A stretch of DNA of 64,000 nt, taken from contig CM106586.1 of assembly GCA_048013815.1 (NCBI GenBank), positions 18,600,001 to 18,664,000 of the forward strand, given 5' to 3'. Below, in pieces: positions 50,401-63,829 of the stretch (the first letter of the stretch is position 1; every line of letters begins with the position of its first letter). The notes under the pieces are model-generated. The model was not told the origin of the DNA. It did no database searches and saw nothing but the letters and a program-made list of their open reading frames with translations. The translations under genes were made by a program, and so were the position numbers. Source of the DNA: Setoptus koraiensis. Taxonomy: Eukaryota; Animalia; Arthropoda.

Positions 50401-53400
50401 TAGGTGATCACTGGGCGAGATATTATGTTTTGGGGGCGCCAAGACGAGAGCGGCCCCAAAACAAGCGCGTTCGGCGCCGCCAATCATGATTGCTGGCGCG
50501 TTGTTGTTTGCTTGTTGTTGCTGTTGTTGCTGTATGTTTATGGCCGTTATATAGCACAACAGAGCCAGTTGCAGTTGGTTGTTGCTTTGCGTGACAACTA
50601 AAACAGCAACAACTGAGGCCAACAAACAACAGCTACACTTGACGTGGCCGTCGTTGCTGTTGGCTACAATTGCACCACAACAACTACCACTGCTGTAACC
50701 CGCAAAGGCGAGGCCCACGAGCCAGCTTGACGCTGCGCTGCTCGATTTGCCTCATAACCCAGATAAAAACCAATGCTCACTTTTGTGCGTTTGTTGCAAC
50801 GTTACAGCTTGAGGTCCGGCCCTCTCAACACTTATCTCTTCACGCGAGTTGTTGCCTTGCTTTCCTTGTGTCATTATTATAAGTGCCTAAATGAAAACAC
50901 GACACGACACAATACCACTGCTACTAATCTAATTTTACACCTGCTTGTATGTGTTTGTGTGATTACTATAAATAGAACACGCTAGGCTAGGCGACACAAA
51001 CACTTGGGGCGCCCCACAACTGAAAAATGATGATGAGCAAATTGTTTTGGGTTCGTGAGACAATAGAAGGCGCAGATAACACGAAATTGCGCGCTCTCTT
51101 GTTCCCTCTTATCCAATCTTTTCCGAGCACCGTGACCATGGGCGCAAACAGACAAACGGTCTTGGCCTGTCTGTTTATCTGCCTGTCTTCTTCTTCTTCA
51201 TCCGGGCGCCGTTCATGTCGATGGCAAAGAATTGCCAAAAGAACCGCTGAAAGAAGCGCCAAAAGAAGCGCCGAAAGAGGTAGCGACCAATTGGCGCAAC
51301 TCCCAACCGGAATCGGCGTGATTTTGAACGAGCCACCCGAACTCGAGAAATCTATTTTGGATTTTCTATTTTTAGAGTAGGCCGTTTCCACTCACACGAA
51401 CGCCGACGAAACGATTGTCGTTGTCATTGTCGCTCAACTATCCAACTCAAGAATGATTTCGACACGAGAGCGGCCTCGAGTGGCGAACAATAATAACCAG
51501 GCATCGAGAAAAAATCTGGGCCCGCATAAAACAACGATCCGCTAGTTTCGAAGTGCTCGCTCGAAGTCAGACACACACACACACACACACACAAAGTCTG
51601 ATCAAAGTGCCGGGCATAATTAGTGTTGATCGAAACAGGCCACCGCAAATGGGCACCTCAGCCCAGAGAAATTAGAACAGTCAGACAGAGGTGAGCAGTG
51701 GATTTCTTCTGGCGAGAAGCCTCGATATTGGCTGCCCGAATATTCAGTCGCGATTTCGTTTGAGCCAAGCTTGATCGCCAGTTATTTGTGCGACGTAATC
51801 AACTTATATGTAATTTAAACTTAATATGTACGCTCGCCCAATCTAATCAAATCATCTCTTTCATGATTGATCGCTCGAACCGTTGAATAAAACTCTAAAC
51901 TTTTAGCAACTTCAAGCGAATTTTTCATTGGGCGCTCCCTGGTCGAATTATTCAATTTGCACGTTCAATTGAACTCATCGCCCTCCTACGAACACTACAA
52001 CTAACGATGAAACTTAATCTAATTCACTCTGAATAAGTTGGCCCCTCTTAACTGCTGAATCTGGTAACTCGAATATATTTGCCCAAAGAGTTTTGGTGCG
52101 CGAAAAAATGATGCAAATGAGGAGCCAATCCTTTTTGTTGGTGACTGTTAAATAGATTGCGCGAATTTATTTAACGAATTTATCTCAAGCCTAGAGGTTA
52201 TGATAATACACTGTCGCAAGCTCGCCCACCGAGGGCGACAAGTTGAGATTCTCATTTCTAACGGATGAACCGTACATTCGCCATGCGTATGTATTTTTCG
52301 CATCTCGGTGCGCACAGTGAGCCAGCTGGAAGAGAGCGCTACATTTACGTTATTTTTAGGCCAACGAAGCGCCCAACAACAGTGAAACTGTTGAGACCTC
52401 AAGCTCATTAGATTACACGCTGTGGTTTTGAAACACTATTGGTATTTGCGATTCGCCGATTCGACAAATGTGCACTTCGAATGTGCGTCAAATTCCAGTG
52501 TTCTTCGCCCTCACTCATTTCTTGCGTGGGCGTTCGCCTTTTTCTTTTCTCATCGCACCTATTTAAATTTATGAATGACCCGCGCGCGAGCGCTAGCATT
52601 TGTATTTACGTACGTGTTTGAGGCAGCGTATTTGAGGCAAAAATACATCCGTCATGATCGAAATGCTATCCGCTCGCGGACGTGTTAAGTGGCTAGGGAA
52701 TTTCTAAAGTTAACGGGTCCCCATAGTGTCTGCGGTGTCTACTGTGGCAATTGAAAAAATGCCATCACTCACCCAAGACCAGCCTCCTGGGTGCCCGTTA
52801 AATCTTGAAATCGCTTCGCCTCTCTGAAACCTTCCACCTTGGTGCTTTCCATTGACATGCTCCAATGGATATGCTGTTTGAGGTGCAACACCCTTGAAGT
52901 GAGTAGCATTGGGCAAATAGTGGAAAAAAGTCGCCCCTTTGCCAACTATTTTATTTACCTTTTTTTTCTTGTTGTTCACCCACAAATATTCACTCATTTT
53001 CACACATTTCCCAGAACATTTCATTTCGACTGTTCGACTGTCTCGCAGGCACACAATAGCGCAACATTATTATGAACGACTCAGTTTACATGTTAATATC
53101 TTGAAAGAATCTCACCGGGAAGGCTGCCTATCTTGCTCGATAGCTTCGATTCAGGGCGACTCGAACTCATTCTAAATGAATGCAACGGCGCCCAATAATC
53201 GGCCTTGATTTTTCTCATTTCTTTTATAGCCAATGTACTCAGACCGAATATAATACCAATGGCCAGCCATTATTATATTTGCTGCTTGTTATATTTGCAC
53301 GCTTATTGTGTGAGCCTGTATGTATTGTTGCGCCTCACTACCGGAACCGAACGCTTTGAGGCATCAAGCATCGAGAAGTGCCTCACTCGATTGCATATCT

Positions 53401-56400
53401 GATACGCTTATACGGGTGTGGACTCGATCTGATATTGTCGAAATGAGCCCCCCGTTGAAAGAAATCAACCCAAACAGACTTTTTGGATCAGCCGACAAGG
53501 CAACATTCCAAGAAAAGAAATAAGAGAGATTTCGGACACAAAATGAGCACATAGTCTAAAGCTGAATCACAATAATGGCCAGCTACACAAAATCGATTTC
53601 GTTTTTTCGGGTGGCCACCGACAGCGTTTGCCATTAGACTACCGCAATAATAATGTCGAGTGAGAGTGATAAGCTGCCGGTGTTGATGCCATTATTATTG
53701 ATGCCTAACACACAGTGACGACACGCCAGGGACCCATATTAGCCAGACATATAGGGGCCGCGTGTGTATCAATTGCCATTTGTCTTGGTAGTGGGAGCGT
53801 CTCACTTCCGATTTACTCGCTCGACACGCCGATCTCCATCATGAGGGCCGAACTTAGTGCTGAGCACTGCTCATGAATTATGCATTCCGACTGCACGCCG
53901 GACTTGGCACGTCGGTTATCATTTTTTTTTCTTCGCCGAGCTGCATCGTGATGTCAGTGGCAGTTCATTAGCTTACAAACAACCGAACAGATAGACAGCC
54001 AGCCCCAGCCTACTAATAAGACGACAAGTCAACAAGATGCTAACCAGCCAGTGAGCCAGCTCCCTGAACTAATGAGCCAGCAAACCGACAAACTGGGCCA
54101 GCCAGTCGCCACCTCGTTATCCTATTACAGTATTGGGGCCAAGTTGTCACCTTTGTTTAGATGCAAACAAGCGTGCAAACGGCGAGTCCCGGCGGGTGTG
54201 TGCATATAGTTGTGGTTAAACACGAGCCAGACGCCCACGCAATTGTGTGTCCGTTCGACCATTAATGCCACTGTTACGACAATGTTACGTTTCAGATATG
54301 CAAAAAACTAGTGGGCGCCATGTGGGCAAAATTTGCATATTGTGACATGTCGTGTATTGTACTGGCTATTCTAGACAATTTTGATTTGTGGACACCACTT
54401 CGTCAACTACGTTATATCTATCACTCTATGTGGACGAAAAGAAATCACTGTTATCGCCCAACAATACTGTCATCTTCCATCAATATTGTTGTTATTGGAT
54501 ATCTGCTATTTAAATGCGGTGACAATCGCATTTGACATAGTCAACTGACATCGGCCGAGCGTCAACAGACTGACAACGAGCAACACACTTCGACTGTCTA
54601 TATTGAACGAAAAAAATCAAAAAATACTCTGACGCTATGAGTATTGCAACTTGCGCCCTCGCTGGTCCGATCTCGCTGTCATCTCCAAGTTACGCCTAGA
54701 GCTTTGTCTGGTGGCTTGATTCAGTGGCTAATTAATCAATGTTCAATCACGTAAACGGGTTAACTGCGAACAAATATGTCACGATGTGTCGAGACGCGGC
54801 CCATCCAACAGCTAACTAACGAATGCGCCCATAAATTAGTTAGCTGTTTTATTAATTTATTCGTTAGAGTTTGTTGTGCAGCACTTCAGCGTGGGCCAAA
54901 AACAAACACACTCAGGTAGCACGTGGACAGGAAAGCGAAGAACAGGAAGTGGCACGTAGCACGTAGCACAATTCGTTGTTCATTGGTTTGTTTGTTTGTT
55001 TGCGTCTCGGTTGTCGTATTCAGTTGAGCGCTTTTGGGCCAAATCAACCAACACGTTGTTGTTGTTTTTGTTGTACCACTAATGTTGCTTGCCTCTATAA
55101 TGAGGGCTCGAACGAATATATGATAATATCGCTAAACATTGTTGCCGCCATCAACAACGTGTTTGTGTACTTGAGCTGTGTTTGTGTTTGTTTGTGTTTT
55201 GCTGAGAGTGACAACTTAATCACGATCACAGCGAAAAGTCCATCAAAAACATCGTTAGAAATGATGGATGACGCTGTTGTTGTTTGGGGGTGGTAGTGTC
55301 ATCTTTGGCTGTGTTCATCCCAAATCATCTATCAACAACAGTGTACAGTTGTTGTTGATGCTGTTGAGCCTGCAACTATATATATATATTTATATATATA
55401 TATACACTTTATGTATAAACACAACCAAGTGGAATTCATTGAGAATTTGCTGACAACAACAAAGTGGGCGCATTTGTTGCAATTCTGCCCACTCATTTTC
55501 GCCCATTTAAGCATACGCCAAAAGTCTGTTGACTGAAATGATTAAATTGTTGATTTTGGACACATTCGGGCACACATTTGCTGGCCGCACATTGGCTCAC
55601 TTCATCAAACCAGATCTGGTTGCTACAAGCGAACATATTAGTGCGCTACAATCATTTATTTTTAGCCTCAACCTATAATTAAAGATGGCTCAATTAACGT
55701 ATAGCGCGCGTTATTTTAACACTGCTCACTCAACTTTTGTGCCGATTTCGTGTTGTCTTGTTGGTTGTGAAGCAAAGTGTTTGGCGAACATGGCCGATTC
55801 GGCAAAGAGTTGATTGGTACACCTCGGGCATTTTTGTCGGCTCTCTCATTAATTTGATTTGCCGCACCAACTGCATTTTCGGCATATCGGCTTCGCAAAC
55901 AACGAAGCCGATATGCCGACAACTTGGAGAACAATTCTTTTCTCAATCAATTTGTATTTCGGGCCATTAATTAACTGGCAAGTGGTGCCGATCGGATTCG
56001 TTCGGGGTTCAGGTTCGGGTTCAGGTTCGGGTTTCGCATTTCGCATTTGTCGCAAGCAGAGGCTGTGCGCTGTCTTTTTGTTCAATATTTCTTTCATTTG
56101 CATATTTGTTTGCGTTCAGCGTCCAACAGTTGTAAGTGGTTGCACGCGACGCGCACCAGAAGAAAGAGATCGCTTCGCAAGATAACTGTTGGAGCCCCCC
56201 GCTGGTGCCGCGGCCAACATACTCACGATCGCTGACGATATTATCTTGTCGAGCATCATCATCATTCAAACATTGACCTTGGACTGGGCCCACTGCGATC
56301 ATCTGTCACATACTCGGGCCGTGCACAATGTCACTACAATCCGATTATCGGGCTGCGGCGGATTGGAAGCGGATCATCACACACAATGACTTGAGACCGA

Positions 56401-58525
56401 CCACTGATTGATATCAATCGGAGCTGAGGATGACTAAAAAATGGAAAGTTCAAAAGGTGAACCCTTGAGGTGGGAGCTGTTGCAACGGAAGCGCCTGTCA
56501 GAGGACGCCTGTCAGAGGATGCATTTTTGGGGATGCATTTCAGGGGATGGTCGCGACCAAGGGCCGCTTTTTCGCCCCACCAACAGATGGATGACACTGG
56601 TTCGGCTGTGATAGAAATCTCGATTCGACATGTCGATTGTGTTGGTCGCGCAAACAGAGGCCCTCTTTTCGAAGGCACAACAATTGTTTTTGTGCCGTTG
56701 GACAATTCGTCCGTTCGTTGTCATTCCGACGCCAAATGCAAACCGATATAAACTTACCCACTTGTGCCACGTCATATTTAAGTGAATGCTGATCGCTCAT
56801 GGGCTCAATGTATTGCTCTTGATTTGAGTTTGTTTGTTGTTGCTGCTGCTGTTGTTGTTGTTGTTGTTGATCATCCAGCTGTAGTGACGATGAAATGGCT
56901 GATTCTGGCACCAGCGTCGGCTGTCTCTGCATGCTCCAGCTTGCGGCCGCCGAATCTTGACCGACAACAGGATAATTATCTAGTTGTTGCTGTTGTTGCT
57001 GGTCGAACGGGGCGACGTTGTTGTTGGGGTCTTCGTTATCGGCCGAATTCTCTGACGATTGTCTCAAAGGCGCAATAAAATCGCCACCGCCAGCACTAAT
57101 TGGTTTGTCATTAGATAATGCCAATTGTTCAGTGTTGTCGGCAGCGGGGGCATACGCTGAATATTGTTGTTGGTGTCGCTGATTATTGTTGTTGCTGTTG
57201 AGTTCACTGAGAAATTGTAACATGCTAGAATTCAATGGCGTGGGTATCGACCTTTGAACGAGCTGATTACGGGAATAAACAATGGTCTCTTTGTTGCTGT
57301 CGTTGCTGCTGCCCTCTACCGTTGTTTGCTGCTGCTGCTGCTGATGATGATTATTATTATTATTATTATTATTTGCGGAATAATGATGATTGCTATGATG
57401 ATTGTGGGCCGTATTTAAATATGCCGCCCCCAATGAAGCCGATAAATGAGGATGAGGCCGCGTTTGTTGCTGGTTGTGGTGGTGGTGGTGCTGCTGTTGC
57501 TGGTAATGGTGCTGGTTCTGGTTCTGGTTGCGAAAGGGGATATGTGGGGGCTGCTGCTGCTGATGGTAATTGTTCTGATTATTGTGGTTGTGATGATGAA
57601 GATGATCTAATGCTGCTGCTACTGGTGACAAATTTACATTGCCGCTACCGGTGCCCAAATAATTGGTTGTTTCCTGCTGCGTCTGTGGCTGCTGTTCGTT
57701 GTCTGTTTGTTGTTTCATTTTCTGACTTCCGGTTGCTAGTGTCATATCAGAGATTAAATTTTGACCATTTTTTATAATGGTATCGTCATTAACAGAATCT
57801 ATGGCATCGCCAGAGTCTAGACGCAACAGATTTGGGTTTGAAAGGGGCGCCGTTAATGGTGCTGAGTTTGCGCTAACAGCAACAAAATTGTTACCGCTCG
57901 CTTGTGACAACAATCCGGGCGACATTGGCCATAGACAATTATTAAATAGTTGACATAAAACAAGTAATAATAAAAACAGTATTAGTAACAACAAGCACAT
58001 GTTTTCAATTGTATAATAGGCAAATCGTTTGTGCAAAGGTAACTTGATATTGTTGTTATCTGTATTATGTGCGTTGTTGTGCCGATTTAGATTATGATGG
58101 TGGTGCGCTGATGAGGACACCGGGGATGACAAAAGTGATTTAAACGATGCAATTGAGGCCGATATGTAAGAGGACAATGATGACTTTCGCGATGACGGCG
58201 ACTCCTCTTGGCTCATAGGTATGCTACTGTGTTGTTGCTTATTGTTTGTTGATGCTGTTGTTGTTGCTGTTGTTGCTATTAAGTTATTGTTTTCATTACA
58301 TGTGATACTTCTGATATTGTCACTGTATTGCTGCTGCTGCTGCTGCCTGGTTGTTTGTCTATCTAGATCCAATTGCAACGCCGTATCTAACGACAATGAA
58401 GAGGATCTAGATGATGCAAGTGAGCTGGATTGTGACAATGACGGCGACGGCGACAAAGCTAGCGATGGCAACGATGAGTCACAATTAATAATCGTCATGG
58501 GTCTAGGCGGCGTGCGCGACTTCAT
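39033..58525 (-). CDS. jeb: Jelly belly, LDL-receptor class A domain ligand of ALK (~668 aa)
   Basis: Exon 1 58525-56758 (ends YDVAQV G|gtaagt), exon 2 39444-39275 (ag|TG...; RFACPSKDAAGYKCIMDHEICDGYYDCPGREDEDRKLCMFYKA|gtaagt) and exon 3 39101-39033 (TKSHLDILADTLLRWARKGNDE*). Phases are consistent. The C-terminus matches the recalled Jeb end (CMFYK-TKAHLDVLADALLRWAR). Confidence 0.92.
41264..41348 (+). repeat. (CAA)28 microsatellite
   Basis: Directly visible perfect run. Confidence 0.97.
43104..43262 (+). repeat. Compound CAA/CAG microsatellite punctuated by CCGAAA (12-bp unit CAACAACCGAAA)
   Basis: Six CCGAAA interruptions within the CAA runs. Confidence 0.9.
44823..44877 (+). repeat. 24-bp tandem repeat x2.3 (CTGGCCGGCTGGCTTGTCGACTGA)
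   Basis: Identical units at 44823 and 44847. Confidence 0.9.
45996..46055 (+). repeat. 10-bp tandem repeat x6 (AGTTCTTCGC)
   Basis: Six units with single-base variants. Confidence 0.9.
46458..46544 (+). repeat. (CAA)n microsatellite, ~29 triplets
   Basis: Directly visible. A shorter (CAA) run lies at about 47370-47410. Confidence 0.95.
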
Positions 58526-61500
58526 GAATGAATTTATTTTTCTAATCTATTTCGTTTGCGGTGTCGGGTGTCTATCCGATGTTTGACAATTCCCTATATC
58601 TCTCACTAGATAACTCACTTGATAATGTTATATAACCTAGATATATAATAATTGGTAACAATATTCCAAATTTCAATTCTTGATCTAGCTAATCAGCAAT
58701 TGATTTCAATTGAATTGGGCCACTAAAAACTCCACTAACTATATGAATATCTAATCAAATTTGCCATTTGTTGTTATTGGCAGTAATTGTAATTTTGCTC
58801 TCTGTTCCGGTTTCGTCATTTGTTCGACTTGTCACTTGTATTCTCGATACTGACTGCCTTCGCTACCGATGATGATTATCTTTTTTGGTTTGGTTCGTTC
58901 GAGTTTCAGGTTGCACTTAATTGTGATTTTCAGTTTGTCGTAACGAGATTTAAATGAAGATAAATTATTGAATGTTGCTGCTTTCACTAACTAACAACTA
59001 ACTAACTATTAAAGCGCATAACTAGAGCCATCACAACCCACACGAATCCCCCTTTCTTTCCCCCTCTCTCTACATATGGGCGCCTCTGTTTCTCGAGGTG
59101 GAGCTGGGGGCCACGCGCACCTCCACAGACTTGTGCTTTCCCCTCGCACACTGACAACACACACGCTCACGACATTGCGCACAACAGCAAGTGTTGTCAA
59201 ATGCGCATGACACAAGCGAGCGAGAGAGTGTTTCGTATGAAATGAGTTGTATCATGCGATTCCATTCACTGTCTAATTGAATTGATCGTTCGTTGTGGCC
59301 ACCAAAGGGCGACCGAAGTGATCTTGGCTCCCCTCAAACGGGCTCCCTTTTGGCCTAGCTCCCCCGCAAACATTTGATGCACTAATTATTCGGTGTACCT
59401 AATGCTTTTCGCCTGTCCCGTCAAATCTATGCGATCAACGCGATACCGCACTGAGTGCAGCCACGAAGGGAGACTCCCCTGGGCGTTAGTCGATCATTTG
59501 CACAACAATTTGATTATTATTAGTGTCAGAATCGTCCGACATATGCTCTCACAGTGGGCCAAATACGCGTGTGTCCGACGCGGAGCTAAAACCATTTGTT
59601 GACTTGTTTGTTTCTGTTTCGCGCCCGCTAATCAGTCTTAATTAACAAGCTGCTCGCCGGCTATTTACGAACACGGTTACAATTGGATGATTTGAAGTGT
59701 CGAAACTGTCCAATTTGTGCCAGTCTGAATTAGGCATGTGTGCTGGACAGGTTAGATCGGGCGGCTTTGGACGGGCCATTTGGAAAATGGCCGCCTTAGA
59801 TCGGTCAATAGTGGCTACGAGCGGCGTTGCTCATTTACGACTTGCATGGGAGGCTGTGGGAGAGGCATCATAAATCGTTGTTGGCGCTCGGTGTTGCCGG
59901 AATATGTTGGCGAAAAGTGTTGCCAGCGAAGGAGGCCGCGAGTGTAAACAACAACTTACATTGTGGCGTTGAACAAATTGAAAATTTTCACCGCGGCCAA
60001 CGGGCGAACGAACCCGTTAGAATGACAATCGCTGTCGCTCATTAATTTGCAACTCGGTGTGATAATGGTCAAGCATCACAAAAACAGTGTGGGTGTCACG
60101 CTTGACACTAGCGCCGGCGACATCCACAATGGGCCGGCTGATTAAAACTGTAGATTGGAGTGATGACACTCACCGTAACTAGTGACCACTGACGAGAATA
60201 GCCGCCAACGGCCGACAATGGCAACCGTCAAGATGATACAGGGTTTAATCGCGCGCATTTTGCGCCCGCTATCAAATGAACGGCACCGAACGGGCACAAT
60301 TGAGCCGCCATTGACCACTGGTCAGCCCACGGGCTGACCAGTGCCAACTGACAACTGGTGAGCGTCAAATGGTCGGTTAATTTTCGCACAGTGGGGCCCG
60401 AAATCATTTTAATGCCGCGAAATCATTTCGAAATGGTGGTAGCACCATTTCGAATCATTTCGCCATCATTTCGAAATCATTTCGGCACAGCGCAGGCACG
60501 AGCGCGCACGAACAAGAGTATAAATAAATTGGTGTGCCGAGCATAAATGGGCGCAATAGTTCAATTTTGTGCCCGTGATGGTCATCTTTGGTGGCGAGCA
60601 TCGCACGACAACCACACCTAGCCCGCGCGATATAGGCGTCAAGTGTGATGGGCATGCCGAAACGCGCCACGACGAGACGACATTTTCCATGCAAATCCGT
60701 CCATTGAGAGCCGATAGAACGGTGTGACAGTGAGAGTCAAAATATACAATGTTTTGCCGGAGCAACATATGGGCGCCGTCACTGGTCGCCGGGGTGCTCG
60801 CCGGTGAGCGAGATGAGCGAGTCAGTCGGTTAGTCGGTGCCATTTTGACACCCTTTTGACTCGCCAGCTTTAGGCGGGGGGGGCGGGCGAGTGGATCAAT
60901 GGGTCGCGGGATTGGATACTTACACTTATAACACGTGGACTGATGCCGACTGACAGACGGGGGAAAAAATTCGCAGAATTTCTCCGACGGATTGGCGCTC
61001 GATAGCAGCGAGCGACGATCGCCGGATTGGGCCGTTCGGCCAATGGCAGCTCCATGGCAGCTCAATGGCAGCCCAACGCTGGCTCTAAATCGGCTTGTGT
61101 GAGGATTATTCCGTATTCTCTGGCTGGTTGGCTGGCTGGCTGGCTGGTGGATATAATTAAGTAGCATTAGTGCGAGTTGACATTGGCTACTGTTGCATTT
61201 TTGTTGCTTCTCCTCAGTTGTCATTTAATGGCACGGGCGATAATAAATGAATGGAATAAATGGCCAATAGATTTATCCGTCCAGAGATAGTGATGTGTGG
61301 CTTACAGGGGCGAATCCGTTGCGACGGTTAAGCAAAAATAAACGCCGCTGCACCGAACGCCCATTCACAGAACTCGGCTGCCACTTCCTGTGCAGCCCAT
61401 TATTTTCGCCGGTCGCCTAGCCCGTATTTTTATACTTATATTTATACTTGTTTCATGTTTATGCCCGGCTGTCTGTCTGTGGTGTTTGCAGCAACACGAC

Positions 61501-62176
61501 CAAGAGATTAGCCACCAGCAATTTCTCAATGGAACTTGTCACTTGTCTGCTGCTCGCTTAATTCGCTGTTTGTTTGTTTGTGTCGTCGTTAGTTGGTTTG
61601 TTTGTTTGTTTGTTTGTTTGCTTGTTTGTTTGCCCGGTTGGTTGTTGGTTGGTTGTTGGTTGGTTGTTCGTCTATTGTGGGTCTCTTATCTGTTTGTTTG
61701 TCGCCTGACCGGTGCCACCGGCGCTTGTTGTGGCGAGTGAGCCAGTTGTCAGGTGAAAGCGTCGCCAATAATCTCCAAACGTCGACTCCAAATGCCACGT
61801 CGAGAGCCCCCGCTAACCTTTACCGCAAATAAATAAAGCCTTTCGATAATAATTCAGTTTCGACACCATCGCTGGCCAAAATTAATGAATATTGAGCGCG
61901 TGTTGGCTTTGGGCGCCGCTTGTTTGTCGAGCCCAAGCGAGAAGCACGAAAAGTTGGCATGATCGTCATCAACACAATCTGGCCATAATTACCATGCGCG
62001 TAGTCTGGCCCGGCGTGTCGTGCCGTGTCGTCCCGTGTCGTGTCTTTCGTCAGTGTCTTTTGACAACCGACATCTCCATTGTCGCTCTCTCTCTCTCGCT
62101 CTGGCCAAGCAGCGTAAGCCGGTTAGTTGGCTTCGTCGTTGGCGTCAATAGATGAGGCCTCCGGACTGTCGACCGA

Positions 62177-62272
62177 AAACTTGCTTCGAATAAAACTTGG
62201 CTCGAATAAAACTTGCCTCGAATAAAACTTGCTTCGAATGAAACTTGCTTCGAATGAAACTTGCTTCGAATG
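62177..62272 (+). repeat. 16-bp tandem repeat x6 (AAACTTGCTTCGAATR)
   Basis: Units at 62177, 62193, 62209, 62225, 62241 and 62257, with no spacers. Confidence 0.95.
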
Positions 62273-63770
62273 AAACTGTTCCAAATCCAGCCAATCACAT
62301 CCACGCACGTCCACCGCCACAATCGTCGATGGAATCAATTGGTGAATTGAATCAATCAAAACTTGAGCCTCATTTCGTGCAAACGACACACAGTTGCTGC
62401 AGTTGTTAGATCGGCGACATTTAAATCGCCTCGTGAGCCTGCATCAGATAATCTTTTGGGCAGCGCTTTGGCTTTTCGCTCCGTCTCTCGTGACCGTCGC
62501 GATGTGAATGTATGAATATTCAATTATTGAATTTGTGATCACGCGACCGCCACTTTATCAGCTAACTATGCTCGCGAACAAACAACAGCGCTACGCATCA
62601 TTGACTCTCAACTATTTTCACACTGACCAGTTTGTTGACCAAGTGCACTGTTGAATGTTTCGGCGCAACTGAGCGCATTATGCAACGCGTTATCATTCTG
62701 ATCTCAACTATTGCGAGCTGGTCCGAACTATTGCGAGCCAGTTTGCGACGCCGAACACAAGTGGCCGCATCGAGAAACAACTGTCCAGTTCGGTGCGAAC
62801 GCACGACTGGGTTGCATCAATAGAATCGCAAGTTGTCACTGGGAGGCACCGCTCCCAATGAGATATATCAACAGCAGCAGCAACAACAACAACAACAAAC
62901 AAACAGACTGCTCCAAACAAGTGCAAGCGGCCAAAGTGACCCTTTAGTCACGGGTCACTGAACTGTGCCTGGCCATGATTTAGCCGGCGCGCAACAAGGC
63001 ATATTCATGAAAATCACATCATCGTATGTCGTTATGTGAGAATTGCAGTTAGTGTTGCATCATGTCAGAATTATGTTGGATCATGTCAGCATCATGTTAT
63101 ATCAGCACGCCAGAAAGAATTCTCTTCGGAAGGCTTGTCGTGTTGGTGCTCACCAGATTCATGCCGCTGTGCAGTAGTTGCCGGTTCGTTATGTGGTACC
63201 CAGAGTAGTTATGTGGTGCCCAGAGTAGTTATGTGGAGGCGAAGAGCGACCATAGAAAGTGGCCGATTAAATTGCCTGGTGGCGCGCCAAATTCTTTATT
63301 TTCTCTCTCTCTCTCTCTTGGTGCGCTCTGACGGACAATTAACGAAACGACAAATTAGACTTGCATCACTAATATGAGCGGGCATTCGCATATTTGCCTT
63401 ATCTTTGTTCATAATCGAACAGCATCTAACAGCTATTTGCCATCACATGTTATCATTGTTGTTATTACCACTATTATCATCATCATCATCGTCATCATCA
63501 TGTGTGTCCACGTGAATTTGCGTGCCACATTTGACAGTGACAACATTTCAAATCTGAGTAGAAGCGCCAATTTGTGTTCGCCATTATGTAGAGAGCAGCC
63601 ATTTGATGGACAATGGTCAGCGGACACGACAGAGCGCGACATGTCACAGAGGCTAATATGCAAATTCGTTTTCCTGACAACATCATACCGAAAAAAGATG
63701 CGACTTGTTAGTTAAACTTTAGCGCCTCAAATGTTCCGGTCATTGGCGTTGTCGAGCGGTCGTTGGTACG

Positions 63771-63829
63771 ACCGTTTCCACTGGCCCATTCCATTGGTCA
63801 ATCGAATGGAATGGGCCAGTGGAAACGGT
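63771..63829. other. Perfect 25-bp inverted repeat with 9-nt loop (hairpin)
   Basis: ACCGTTTCCACTGGCCCATTCCATT-ggtcaatcg-AATGGAATGGGCCAGTGGAAACGGT. Confidence 0.9.

Larger units (their letters stand above)
39445..56757 (-). other. 17.3-kb first intron of jeb
   Basis: GTAAGT donor at 56757 and AG acceptor at 39445 join in phase 1. No recognisable nested gene. Confidence 0.8.

Noticed and set aside
50987-51391. 134-aa ORF with an apparent TM segment nested in jeb
   Set aside because: The hydrophobic stretch comes from a 12-bp direct repeat, and there is no other coding support.
52710-53054. Tc1/mariner transposase remnant (GGWSWVSDGIFS)
   Set aside because: The resemblance is too weak, with no DDE residues or TIRs.
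56540-56757. C-terminal ~72 aa of the 661-aa ORF as part of Jeb
   Set aside because: This is read-through past the GTAAGT donor at 56757; splicing to exon 2 gives the LDLa domain.
60466-61224. 252-aa minus-strand ORF
   Set aside because: No recognisable domain; it crosses palindromes and simple repeats in relatively GC-rich DNA, so it is likely a chance ORF, though not excluded.
62177-62272. Heat-shock element array
   Set aside because: HSEs need alternating nGAAn units (GAAnnTTC); here TTCGAA has the wrong spacing.
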